Source: Candidatus Bathyarchaeota archaeon (GTDB lineage: Archaea > Thermoproteota > Bathyarchaeia > Bathyarchaeales > Bathycorpusculaceae). From it: a stretch of 64,000 nt of DNA. The position numbers and the translations under genes were made by a program. The notes beneath the pieces were generated by a model. That model was not told the origin of the DNA. It worked only from the letters and a program-made list of their open reading frames with translations, and made no database searches. Shown here piece by piece: positions 29,994 through 39,391 of this stretch (the stretch's first letter is position 1; every line of letters begins with the position of its first letter). The stretch is taken from the NCBI GenBank assembly GCA_963717465.1, contig OY970340.1:1056001-1120000 (forward strand), in the 5' to 3' direction.

Positions 29994-30400
29994 GTGATAT
30001 CTCTTACTATTTAACTGGAGCGATAAATTCTCCGTTGGCGTTAAAGAAATAGACGCCAACACAAACAACTCATGTTATTTCAACGACTTAGCCAGCGCGT
30101 TGAGCAAAGGAGAAGCCAAAGCGTATCTTAAACCGCTTCTGGCAAAAACTTGTTGAGTATACTCAAGTACACTTTGCTACTGAGGAGAAATACATGAAAA
30201 AATGGAATTATCCTGGCTACGTCTATCACAAGGGTGAACACACACAATTTGTTAGCAAAGTAGCTGCGTTCCAGGCTGACTGCGAAGCAGGCAAAGTTGC
30301 CATGTCCGTCGAAGTTCTTTCTTTTCTTAAAGATTGGGTAAGCAATCATATTCAGATAACGGACAAAAAATACGGCCATTCTTTAATGACCATGGGTTAG
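29994..30400 (+). pseudogene. Bacteriohemerythrin with several indels in the 5' half (pseudogene or sequencing error)
   Basis: FNWSDKFSVGVKEID..HKQL, HFATEEKYM, HKGEH, WVSNHIQITDKKY read across frames. Confidence 0.85.
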
Positions 30401-30672
30401 ATTAATTTCCTTGCTCCTGAAGTTGGGGATGGACGGCGAATTCCCAAAACATTGGGATACTTATCGAATTAAACCTATTTTTCGTTTTTCTTGTCAGAAA
30501 TGGATCAATCTAAAGGGTAAATTCAATATTTGATTAGTGGTCATAGGATTTTGCTATTCATATTTGAAGTTCATAGTTCTTATTAGCCAATTCAAGAAAT
30601 TTCTTTAGACTACAACTTAGGCGCATTTAGACCATGGACGTTTGCAATGATGAAAAGCAGAGGGCGTTCTAA

Positions 30673-32844
30673 ATGAATTTATTCACATTGCTTTTATTAG
30701 CTGCAAGCATGGTTGGCCTTTGTTTAGGCTTGATAGTTTTTTCATTTAATAGAAAATCCACCTTAAACAGGCTGTTCTTGATAACTGTAGCTATAGGCTT
30801 TTTCTATTCATTTACAACAGTTATGATGTGGCAATCAACAAGCTTCGATAATGCATATTTCTGGAATAAAATGGGTTCAGTGTGGCCTTTTTTTGTTGCT
30901 TCCGTTGCTAGTTTTGCAATTTATTACACTGGTAGCAAAGGTTACAAAAACAAATTGACTTATTTATCTGTATATTTACCAGCACTTTTTTTTGCGCTTA
31001 TTGGAATATTCACTGACTGGATAAATTCGGCTCCAGTGCTAACGTATTGGGGATATAACGATATACCAGCAAACACCCTTCTAAGTGGTATTAGCACTTT
31101 TTGGTCTGCGCTTTTATCTATTTTAGCAGGCATTCTATGTTTTGCTTATTATCGAAAAGTAAAGGATGATTATCAAAAAGGGCAAGCTAAACTGGTGACC
31201 ATCGGCTTTTCAATATCTATAGTAACTTTCATTGTCACAGACATGGTTATTCGTCAATTTAATTTTGAAATTCCGAATTTAAGCATAATATCCATCATCT
31301 TTTTCGCTATTTTTGTGGGTTACACAATTTTTAGGTATGACCTGTTCGTTTTGGATACTGCCCTTGCTTCAGAAAATATTGTTACAACTATTCCTGACTC
31401 ACTAATACTAACTGACATGAATGGAAAAATGCTTAAAGTAAATCAACGCCTGCTACAGTTTTCAGGTTACACCGAAAAAGAACTGATTGGCAAGCCAATT
31501 ACCATTCTATTTTCCGACACCCAGTTTTTTACAATAAAAGAGGAGCTATTAAAAAATAGGGCAATTAGTAGCGAAGAGATTAAAGTTAGAACAAAGAATG
31601 GAACCCAAAAAACAGTGCTCTTCTCTGGCTCAATTGTTAAAAGCATTACAAAGAAAGACATAGGATTTACAGTTGTTATCCACGACATAACAGATCTTAA
31701 AAAAGTTCAAGATGAAATCGAAAACAACAAAAAGTACCTTGAATCTCTGCTTGACTCAATGCTTACAGGAGTCATTGTAATCGATGCTGATACACACACG
31801 ATAATCAACGCGAACAACACTGCCTTGAAGATGATAGGCTTGACAGCTGAAGAAGTAATAGGAAAGGTTTGCCACAAATTCGTTTGTCAAGCAGAAAAAG
31901 GCAAGTGTCCAGTTACAGATTTGGGCTCGGTAGTGGATAGCCGAGAAGTTTCGCTGCTTGACGCGCAAGGAAGGGCCATTGATATTCTTAAAAGTGTTTC
32001 AAAAGTTGTTTTTAAGGACAAATGCTTGCTGGTTGAAAACTTCATGGATATTTCTGAACGTAGGAAAATGGAGCAGAGGCTTGTTAAAGCAGAAAGGTTG
32101 GTGTCCATTGGAGAATTAGCGAGACAGATTGGTCACGATCTTAGAAATCCATTGACTGGAATCAAATCTGGAGTCTACTTAATAAGAAAGAAATGGGATG
32201 GCATGACCGAACTTGAAAAGGAGCGTATTCTACTTAGAATAGACAATGCTATAGATGACTCAAATAGAATAATCAATGGGCTCGTAGATTATTCGAGTGA
32301 TTTACATTTACAAATTAATTCTTGCACTCCCAAGTCACTTCTAACGAAAACTTTTGGCAAAATGCACGTGCCTGATCGAATCAAAATAATAGATCACACT
32401 TTAGATGAACCTCAACTTATTGTAGATTCTGAAAAAATTCAGAGGGCATTTGTAAACATCATCAGTAATTCTATTGAAGCTATTCCAACCACTGGAACTA
32501 TAGAGGTCAAAAGTAGCACTCAAGAACCAAATGTCCTAATTCAATTTCATGATTCAGGCATAGGCATACCTAGAAGAGTTTTGGAAAGAATGTTTTCTCC
32601 TCTAAACACTACTAAAGCTAAAGGGATGGGTCTTAGTTTAGCCATATGTAAACGAATCGTAGAAGCTCACAATGGAAAGATAACAATAGATAGCGTCGAG
32701 GGTAAGGGCACTACAGTCTCACTGTTATTACCCATAAAAGGCAAGCCAGCAGAAAATGATGGCGATGATACAATGTTCGTAAACATAAAGAATGATAAAT
32801 TAGTAGTAAATAAGCCTGCATCAAAGGAAAAGAATGATTCATAG
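30673..32844 (+). CDS. Histidine kinase with 7TM N-terminal sensor and two PAS domains
   Basis: Seven hydrophobic segments, PAS repeats, GHDLRNPL H-box, KGMGLSL G2 box. Confidence 0.92.
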   Translation: MNLFTLLLLAASMVGLCLGLIVFSFNRKSTLNRLFLITVAIGFFYSFTTVMMWQSTSFDNAYFWNKMGSVWPFFVASVASFAIYYTGSKGYKNKLTYLSVYLPALFFALIGIFTDWINSAPVLTYWGYNDIPANTLLSGISTFWSALLSILAGILCFAYYRKVKDDYQKGQAKLVTIGFSISIVTFIVTDMVIRQFNFEIPNLSIISIIFFAIFVGYTIFRYDLFVLDTALASENIVTTIPDSLILTDMNGKMLKVNQRLLQFSGYTEKELIGKPITILFSDTQFFTIKEELLKNRAISSEEIKVRTKNGTQKTVLFSGSIVKSITKKDIGFTVVIHDITDLKKVQDEIENNKKYLESLLDSMLTGVIVIDADTHTIINANNTALKMIGLTAEEVIGKVCHKFVCQAEKGKCPVTDLGSVVDSREVSLLDAQGRAIDILKSVSKVVFKDKCLLVENFMDISERRKMEQRLVKAERLVSIGELARQIGHDLRNPLTGIKSGVYLIRKKWDGMTELEKERILLRIDNAIDDSNRIINGLVDYSSDLHLQINSCTPKSLLTKTFGKMHVPDRIKIIDHTLDEPQLIVDSEKIQRAFVNIISNSIEAIPTTGTIEVKSSTQEPNVLIQFHDSGIGIPRRVLERMFSPLNTTKAKGMGLSLAICKRIVEAHNGKITIDSVEGKGTTVSLLLPIKGKPAENDGDDTMFVNIKNDKLVVNKPASKEKNDS

Positions 32845-32931
32845 GGTAATTTTGATTTTGAACTTGTGCATTGCTGCTAAAAAATAATGTTGTTTGAATA
32901 AAAATAAACGATTGCATTTCCTGTCAGACGA

Positions 32932-33105
32932 TTATACATGGACTACAAAATCCATGCATCCAAGCGGTTCAATTGTCAGTATTCCCTGTTTATTTACCAC
33001 AGTTTTGAAGCTGCCCTTGCAAGAGGGACAAATTACTATTTCATTTTCAGTTTCCGCGTCTGATAGAAACCAAACTAAGCACGATTTACAAATGTATTTT
33101 TTCAT
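32932..33105 (-). CDS. Small zinc-ribbon protein (57 aa), LysW-like spacing
   Basis: Manual translation MKKYICKSCLVWFLSDAETENEIVICPSCKGSFKTVVNKQGILTIEPLGCMDFVVHV; CxxC...CPxC. Confidence 0.6.
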   Translation of the reverse strand: MKKYICKSCLVWFLSDAETENEIVICPSCKGSFKTVVNKQGILTIEPLGCMDFVVHV

Positions 33106-33383
33106 CTTTATCCCTATACATCAAAAAAAGGCCTTCCAGGGATATAGAAATTCTCACAATAATCTATAAAGAAGTAATTATCTATATATTTCAGTCGCGC
33201 TCCAGAATTTTGAACCTTAGTATTAATCTTTTATGTTAAAAGGACCGGTTGTCAGCTTGCTTCACCTTTGTAAAGCAAAGCTGTGTTACCATATTAGCTG
33301 ATCCTTGAGTAGTCCATGAATTCAAAAGGTTTTATTAGAGAAAGTTTATTATATAATTCATAAATGCCCAGAAAGTTTTCAAT

Positions 33384-34523
33384 ATGGAAGACTTGGAAAT
33401 ATTTGACGTTGCGATAGTAGGTGGCGGACCAGCAGGCGCATATTGTGCCTATCACTTAGCGAAAAACGGGATTAACTCAGTTATTTTTGATCCTTCTCAT
33501 CCGCGAGAAAAACCTTGTGGAGGCGGTTTGTCACCTGAAGTGTTGGATAGATACCCATTTATTCGCAATTTATCTTCAAAGCGATCTTCTGCAAGGTTAA
33601 CGATGATAGCGCCTTCAGGTGAAGAAGCAATTGTAGAAGGCAAAAGGGCATGTTCTTATGTTTCAAGATTAGAACTAGATAAACATATTTTGGATATGTC
33701 AGTTGATGCGGGTTCGATGTTATTTGCGGAAAGAGTAACTCAATTGGCAAAAGAGAAATTATGGGTTCTGTCTACAGCTAAGAGGAAAATAAAATCAAGA
33801 ATCGTCATTGGTGCAGATGGTGTCCACAGTCTTGTACGTAAGAAAATTTTGGGTCCTATACCTAAAGAGAATTTGGCAATAGCGATTGGATATATTGCAA
33901 AAGGCAAAGAAGTTGAAAGCGTGGTTATGAAGTATCTCAAGGATTTCTTTGGTTACATTTGGATATTTCCTAGAAAAGACCATTCCTCAATAGGTCTAGG
34001 CAGCCAACTAGAATATTCTAAATACCTTAAAAGAACACTTGATCAATTCATCAACTCATACTGTCCCCATATCAAAAAATTATCACCTTATGCCGCGGTT
34101 CTTCCATCCATAAAGAACCCAAACTTCTACAGTCTTCCTTGCTCAGGAGAAGACTGGATTCTAACCGGAGATGCAGCAGGACATGTTGATCCAGTCACTG
34201 GAGAAGGCATTCAATATGCTATGAAAGACGGCGAGTTCGCATCTAGGGCAGTAATGAGCAGTGACTTGAAATCATTCGATAAATTGTGGTGGAGAGAATA
34301 CGGATACGACTTCAAAGAGGGCTGCAAACTGAGAAAAATATTTTATAACCCTTTCATAAAGGAGCTATTAATTAAGCAAGCATCAAAAAGTCGAACTTCT
34401 TCTCGCCTTTTATACAACATCGCATCAAGTGAACAAGATTATACAACTTATTTGTCTAAAAATGCAGTTAACTTACCAGGAATCATACTAGAAAGCATTC
34501 TCGGTTTTAAGGTGAAGCCATAA
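33384..34523 (+). CDS. Geranylgeranyl reductase family FAD oxidoreductase
   Basis: GGGPAG, REKPCGGG, GADG, YIWIFP, GDAAGHVDPVTGEGI. Confidence 0.9.
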   Translation: MEDLEIFDVAIVGGGPAGAYCAYHLAKNGINSVIFDPSHPREKPCGGGLSPEVLDRYPFIRNLSSKRSSARLTMIAPSGEEAIVEGKRACSYVSRLELDKHILDMSVDAGSMLFAERVTQLAKEKLWVLSTAKRKIKSRIVIGADGVHSLVRKKILGPIPKENLAIAIGYIAKGKEVESVVMKYLKDFFGYIWIFPRKDHSSIGLGSQLEYSKYLKRTLDQFINSYCPHIKKLSPYAAVLPSIKNPNFYSLPCSGEDWILTGDAAGHVDPVTGEGIQYAMKDGEFASRAVMSSDLKSFDKLWWREYGYDFKEGCKLRKIFYNPFIKELLIKQASKSRTSSRLLYNIASSEQDYTTYLSKNAVNLPGIILESILGFKVKP

Positions 34524-34594
34524 GACTCCCAGCAAACCTTTTAGCAAGCCTTTTATTGAGACGTACTGAAGTAGTAGCCAGCGAGGACTTTTTG

Positions 34595-35230
34595 GTGGAA
34601 AGCATCGACCTTGTTGCTGCGTTAGCAGATTTGAAAGAGCAAGATGCGCTAAAGATTGTTGATGAAAGACTGAATAGCGGTGGAGATCCTTTCAAAATCT
34701 TGGAAGATATCCATAGTGCCATGGAAATCGTTGGCAAACGCTTTGCAAGCAATGAATACTTCATAGCCGACCTGCTATACGCTGCTGAAATATTGGGAGT
34801 TGTCACTGAGAAGGTAAAGCCTAAGCTGGCGAAAACAAAGGAAGCTAAGCCTTTAGGAAAGGTCATAATCGGCAGCGTGGCTGGAGACATCCATGATATC
34901 GGTAAAAACATCGTAGTCTTTATGCTTGAGGCTAATGGCTTCGAAGTCTACGACTTAGGCGTAGATGTTTCACCAGAGAAATTTGTAAATAAGATTTTGG
35001 AGACGGGGTCCCATATCGTAGGTTTAAGCGGATTTCTAACCTTGGTCTTTGAATCGATGAAAAACACTGTGGAAGCAATAGAAAAAGCTGGCTTAAGGGA
35101 GAAGGTTAAAATTATGATAGGCGGAGGCCCAATAAATGAAGAGGTAAGAAGGCATACAGGTGCCGATGCCTACGGCAACGATGCTGTAGCCGCTGTGGCG
35201 CTTTCTAAAAAATGGGTTGCAGCTACATAA
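34595..35230 (+). CDS. Corrinoid (cobalamin-binding) methyl-carrier protein, MtaC/MttC-like
   Basis: Cap domain plus GDIHDIGKNIV (DxHxxG), DLGVDV, MIGGG. Confidence 0.93.
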   Translation: MESIDLVAALADLKEQDALKIVDERLNSGGDPFKILEDIHSAMEIVGKRFASNEYFIADLLYAAEILGVVTEKVKPKLAKTKEAKPLGKVIIGSVAGDIHDIGKNIVVFMLEANGFEVYDLGVDVSPEKFVNKILETGSHIVGLSGFLTLVFESMKNTVEAIEKAGLREKVKIMIGGGPINEEVRRHTGADAYGNDAVAAVALSKKWVAAT

Positions 35231-35244
35231 GGAGGAAATGGCAT

Positions 35245-36561
35245 ATGGAAGAAAAGCAAGAAGAATTATTCAATCGTTGGCTTTCACCGCAAGTCGAATT
35301 TGTAGATGAAAGAGCCGAGATGGCTTATAAAGCAAGAGTAGCCAGATTAAAAGACGCTATTCAGCAAAAGAAGACGCCTGATAGGGTGCCTGTTTTTGCA
35401 ATTTTAGGGTTTTTTCCAGCCTACTATGCTGGGCTAACGCCGTATGATTTAATGTATGATTATAGCAAACTCGAAATGGCATACGGAAAATATGTTTCGA
35501 ACTTTGAACCTGACGCGCATACTGGCACCATCGCAGCAGGTCCTGGTAAATTCTTTGAAATTCTCGACTACAAACTTTATGCCTGGCCTGGTCATGGCGT
35601 GGCAACTCAACATTCTTACCAGTGTCTCGAAAAAGAATACATGAAAGCCGACGAATATGACGCCCTAATTCGGGACCCAACTTACTTCTTCTTGTCTACT
35701 TACTTTCCACGAATATTCGCCACCTTAGAACCACTCAAGGATCTATCACCATTCACTAACGTACTTGAAATGTACGGAGGATTCACACCTGCCAGTTTCG
35801 TACCATTCGGCAAAACAGGCATCCAAACTGCTCTCAAATCATTGATTGAGGCTGGAAACGAATCTCTAAAGTGGATTCAATACGTAGCGGCAGCAGACAG
35901 GAAAATTGCTGCTGATGGATTCCCAGACATCTTTGGTGGAGGAACTAAGGCGCCTTTTGACACGATAGGAGATACCCTTCGGGGAACTAAGGGCATAATG
36001 CTGGACATGTATAGGCAACGTTACAAGCTTCTCCAAGCTATGGAGACCTTTACTCCCCTGATGATTAAAATGGGAGCATCTAAGGCAAAGGCAAACGGGA
36101 ACCCGATAGTATTCATGCCGCTGCATAAAGGCGCTGACGGTTTTATGTCAGGCAAACAATTCGAAGAATTTTATTGGCCCACTCTTAAGAAAGTTATTTT
36201 GGGTTTAATCAACGAAGGATGTGTACCATTTCTATACGCCGAAGGAAGCTACAATTCACGTCTAGAACTGATAAAAAATGATCTGCCAAAAGGCAAAACG
36301 CTATGGGGCTTTGACCAAACAGATATGGCTAAAGCAAAGGAAATTATCGGCGATTCTGCATGCATCTGCGGCAATATTCCAACGTCACTCCTCACTATGG
36401 GAACTCCGCAGGACGTAAAAGATTACGCAAAAAAACTCATCGAGACATGTAGCGGAGGGGGCGGCTTCATACTGATGAATGGAGCAGTCCTCGACGAAGC
36501 GAAACCTGAAAATGTCAAGGCGATGATTGAGGCTACAAAAGAATTAGGCGCATACAAATAA
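35245..36561 (+). CDS. Uroporphyrinogen decarboxylase-family protein (probable corrinoid-dependent methyltransferase)
   Basis: PDRVPV, APFD, FMPLH, FEEFYWP, ICGNIP; adjacent to corrinoid protein; SD AGGAGG. Confidence 0.85.
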   Translation: MEEKQEELFNRWLSPQVEFVDERAEMAYKARVARLKDAIQQKKTPDRVPVFAILGFFPAYYAGLTPYDLMYDYSKLEMAYGKYVSNFEPDAHTGTIAAGPGKFFEILDYKLYAWPGHGVATQHSYQCLEKEYMKADEYDALIRDPTYFFLSTYFPRIFATLEPLKDLSPFTNVLEMYGGFTPASFVPFGKTGIQTALKSLIEAGNESLKWIQYVAAADRKIAADGFPDIFGGGTKAPFDTIGDTLRGTKGIMLDMYRQRYKLLQAMETFTPLMIKMGASKAKANGNPIVFMPLHKGADGFMSGKQFEEFYWPTLKKVILGLINEGCVPFLYAEGSYNSRLELIKNDLPKGKTLWGFDQTDMAKAKEIIGDSACICGNIPTSLLTMGTPQDVKDYAKKLIETCSGGGGFILMNGAVLDEAKPENVKAMIEATKELGAYK

Positions 36562-36795
36562 CAGCCCCTAACCCAGGCATTCGCTTATTCATCTATCGCT
36601 TCTTCAATTTTAAATCGATGGCGAAGTGGACTGTGAAGATTCGAACCCCCTCTTTCAAGGATATTTAATCAATAACATTTCTTTCTCTTCTCAGGCTCAT
36701 TTTGCCTCTTTCTGAAATCTGATTATGAATTCTGAATAAACAAAGCTTAACTCTCTTCTGCGCAGAAGCTAACTCGGAAAAAAGGCGAGCTTTAC

Positions 36796-37602
36796 ATGCA
36801 GAAAGAGTCTATTTTCGATTCTAAGCCGCTAATTGAGACGCATGAACTTACAAAGAATTTTGGATCTGTTCAGGCTTTGGTCGATTTGAATTTGCGTATT
36901 ATGCCTGGAGAAATTTACGGGTTGCTTGGTCCGAATGGCGCTGGTAAAACCACGACTATTAAGACCGTCTTGGGTTTGCTGGAGCCCACGTCAGGATGGA
37001 TAAAGGTTGCTGGATATGACCCAATTAAGGATTCTTTGGAGGCTAAGTCGAAAATCGGTTATGTATCCGAGAATCCGATAGTTTACGATTCGCTTTCTCC
37101 CCGAGATTTCTTGCAGTTTGTCACGTCAATCAGGAAGCTTGATCAACGAGATACGAATGAGATGATTACTTATTTGGCTAATGCTTTTGGTATGTCGCAG
37201 TATTTTGATTCGCCCATAGCAACGTTATCGTTGGGGATGAAGCAAAAGGTTGCTTTGATAGCTTCACTTATTCATCGTCCAAGCGTTTTGCTGCTCGATG
37301 AACCGCTTAATTGCCTTGACGCAAAAAGCAGTCGCATCGTCAAGGATTTGGTTTCATTTCATGCTCAAAAAAATGGTGCTGTGCTGTTCTCCACGCACGT
37401 TTTGGAGGTTGCCGAGAAAATCTGCACGAGAATCGGTATAATAGATCAAGGCAAAGTTATAGCTGAGGGAACGCTGGATGAGCTGAAAAGTATGACTGGA
37501 GGGGTTGCTAAGACGCTTGAAGAGGTCTTTCTAAAGTTGACTCATGAAGACTTTGAAATCGCTGACACCAAGCGGATGCTGACGGAGGCATTCTTCAAGT
37601 AA
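36796..37602 (+). CDS. ABC transporter ATP-binding protein
   Basis: GPNGAGKTT, LSLGMKQK, LDEP, STH. Confidence 0.92.
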   Translation: MQKESIFDSKPLIETHELTKNFGSVQALVDLNLRIMPGEIYGLLGPNGAGKTTTIKTVLGLLEPTSGWIKVAGYDPIKDSLEAKSKIGYVSENPIVYDSLSPRDFLQFVTSIRKLDQRDTNEMITYLANAFGMSQYFDSPIATLSLGMKQKVALIASLIHRPSVLLLDEPLNCLDAKSSRIVKDLVSFHAQKNGAVLFSTHVLEVAEKICTRIGIIDQGKVIAEGTLDELKSMTGGVAKTLEEVFLKLTHEDFEIADTKRMLTEAFFK

Positions 37603-39224
37603 TGAAGTTGGCTGAAGCTTGGCGATTGAGCCAGTTGCCTTACCGGGAAGAGGTCTATCAGTCTTTGGCTGAAGAGAAAGGGCGAATGTGGTGGGGCGCT
37701 TTCGGTCGGCATCAATCAGGCATGGAAAACCAAAACGACTTTGAATTAGCCACCAGAGTTCTTAGAATCGCAAAATTTGACAAAATCCTAGTTTCAGTTT
37801 TTAACGTGATGGTTGCAGCTTTGCCTTTTGTGATGTTACTGTTTGGGACACAAGTTTTCGGTTTAGCTGATTCGGTCGCGTTGAGTTTGGCAGTTACCTT
37901 GGGCTTCACTGCCCTGTATGCAATCCAAACTCTTTCATCGTTTGTAAGCGCTGACTCTTCAGTTTTATTGTTAATTTTACCCTTAGCGCGCAATGATTTT
38001 TCTCTGATATCGATTTTCTCTTTCATCCGATCGGTTGATTATATGGTCGTAGGCTCAGTGGCTAGTCAAGTTGTACTAGTTGCCCTCGTGACTCATTCTC
38101 CTCTTGCAGCCTTAATTATGCTTGTGACTGCAGTGATGAATCAAGTGTTTGCAGTTACGATTGCACTTTGGTTTTCAACAGTTTTCCAAAGAAACCTGAT
38201 GCGTGGCAGGAGATCAAAGGTTGATACATTTTTGCGTTTAATTTTCATTTTAATGTGGGGTTTATTGCTTGTTGGTGTAGGCTTCATGTTTGTCGTACCC
38301 TTGTATACTATGCCAGGTCAAGGCAGTCTACTGTTAGGGTTTGGCAATGTTTCAAGCGTGCTATTTGCTCTTTTGTATCCTTTCTCTACTGGCAATCTTA
38401 TAGCAGGGATAACTTTTTCCAATGTTGCAACCTTAACTATGTTAGTGTCATCCTTAACCTTGACAGGATATGCAGTGCTGACACTTGTTGCGGGAAAATG
38501 GACATTTGAAACTGTTAAACGAATATCTTTAGGCGCTGGGAAAAAAAATATCCGAGTGGCTGCAAAAGATTTTTCAGTTAAAATCCACAGCCCACTGTTT
38601 GGCTACGTCCTTAAGGACTTAAAAGTTGCCTCCAAAAATCCAGCAACCGCCTTATTCTTCGCCCTTCCGGCTTTGGAAACAGTTATGACTATTCTGCTTG
38701 TTTCGAATCTATCTACACTAAGAACTGTGTTTCTGCTTGACGCCACATTAATGGGTGCAATCTTTGCCTTACTCATACCCCTTGCATTACTAACTGCAGA
38801 AGGAAGGGGCTTTGAATATTCAAAGACCTTGCCAATCAGTTCCCGAAGAATAGTTGTCTCCAAAACTCTTGTGTCCACTGCAACGTACATTCTTGTGCCG
38901 ATAGCTTTGATCGGTTTATCCATCGTCAAACCTTTAACTTCGCCTTCCATCATTCTCATTCCATTGCTAACCACATTATCAGTTGCATCTGCAAGCATTT
39001 TTGAAATTATACTCTTCTTAAGATCGGCTGCAAAAAACAAAATCAACGCAATTGTAAACGACTTGGAAAAACTAATTGTCGGAGGTCTCGTCATACTTTT
39101 CCCGTTGGTGATGTATTCAATTGTTTTTCTTCTATCCTTCAACCATATCTTATCTATCTTAGTTATGGGACTTGTTGCCCTTTCTGAATTGACAGGGGCT
39201 ATGTATTTGCTCAGGCGCTCTTGA
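37602..39224 (+). CDS. ABC transporter permease (multi-pass membrane protein)
   Basis: More than 10 hydrophobic segments; overlapping stop/start with the ATPase gene. Confidence 0.8.
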   Translation: MKLAEAWRLSQLPYREEVYQSLAEEKGRMWWGAFGRHQSGMENQNDFELATRVLRIAKFDKILVSVFNVMVAALPFVMLLFGTQVFGLADSVALSLAVTLGFTALYAIQTLSSFVSADSSVLLLILPLARNDFSLISIFSFIRSVDYMVVGSVASQVVLVALVTHSPLAALIMLVTAVMNQVFAVTIALWFSTVFQRNLMRGRRSKVDTFLRLIFILMWGLLLVGVGFMFVVPLYTMPGQGSLLLGFGNVSSVLFALLYPFSTGNLIAGITFSNVATLTMLVSSLTLTGYAVLTLVAGKWTFETVKRISLGAGKKNIRVAAKDFSVKIHSPLFGYVLKDLKVASKNPATALFFALPALETVMTILLVSNLSTLRTVFLLDATLMGAIFALLIPLALLTAEGRGFEYSKTLPISSRRIVVSKTLVSTATYILVPIALIGLSIVKPLTSPSIILIPLLTTLSVASASIFEIILFLRSAAKNKINAIVNDLEKLIVGGLVILFPLVMYSIVFLLSFNHILSILVMGLVALSELTGAMYLLRRS

Positions 39225-39391
39225 AATCGAATTCCGTAAATGATAATTAACACTATGCAGCCTGCTTTTTTTTGAGCGATTTAAAATCTGTATTCTGTTT
39301 TCACATTTTATATATTCAAATTTAAAAAATATTGGGCGTAGATGTTCAAATCTTTAAGCTTGTGGAGTTTAGCTAAGACCTAAATTACTGG

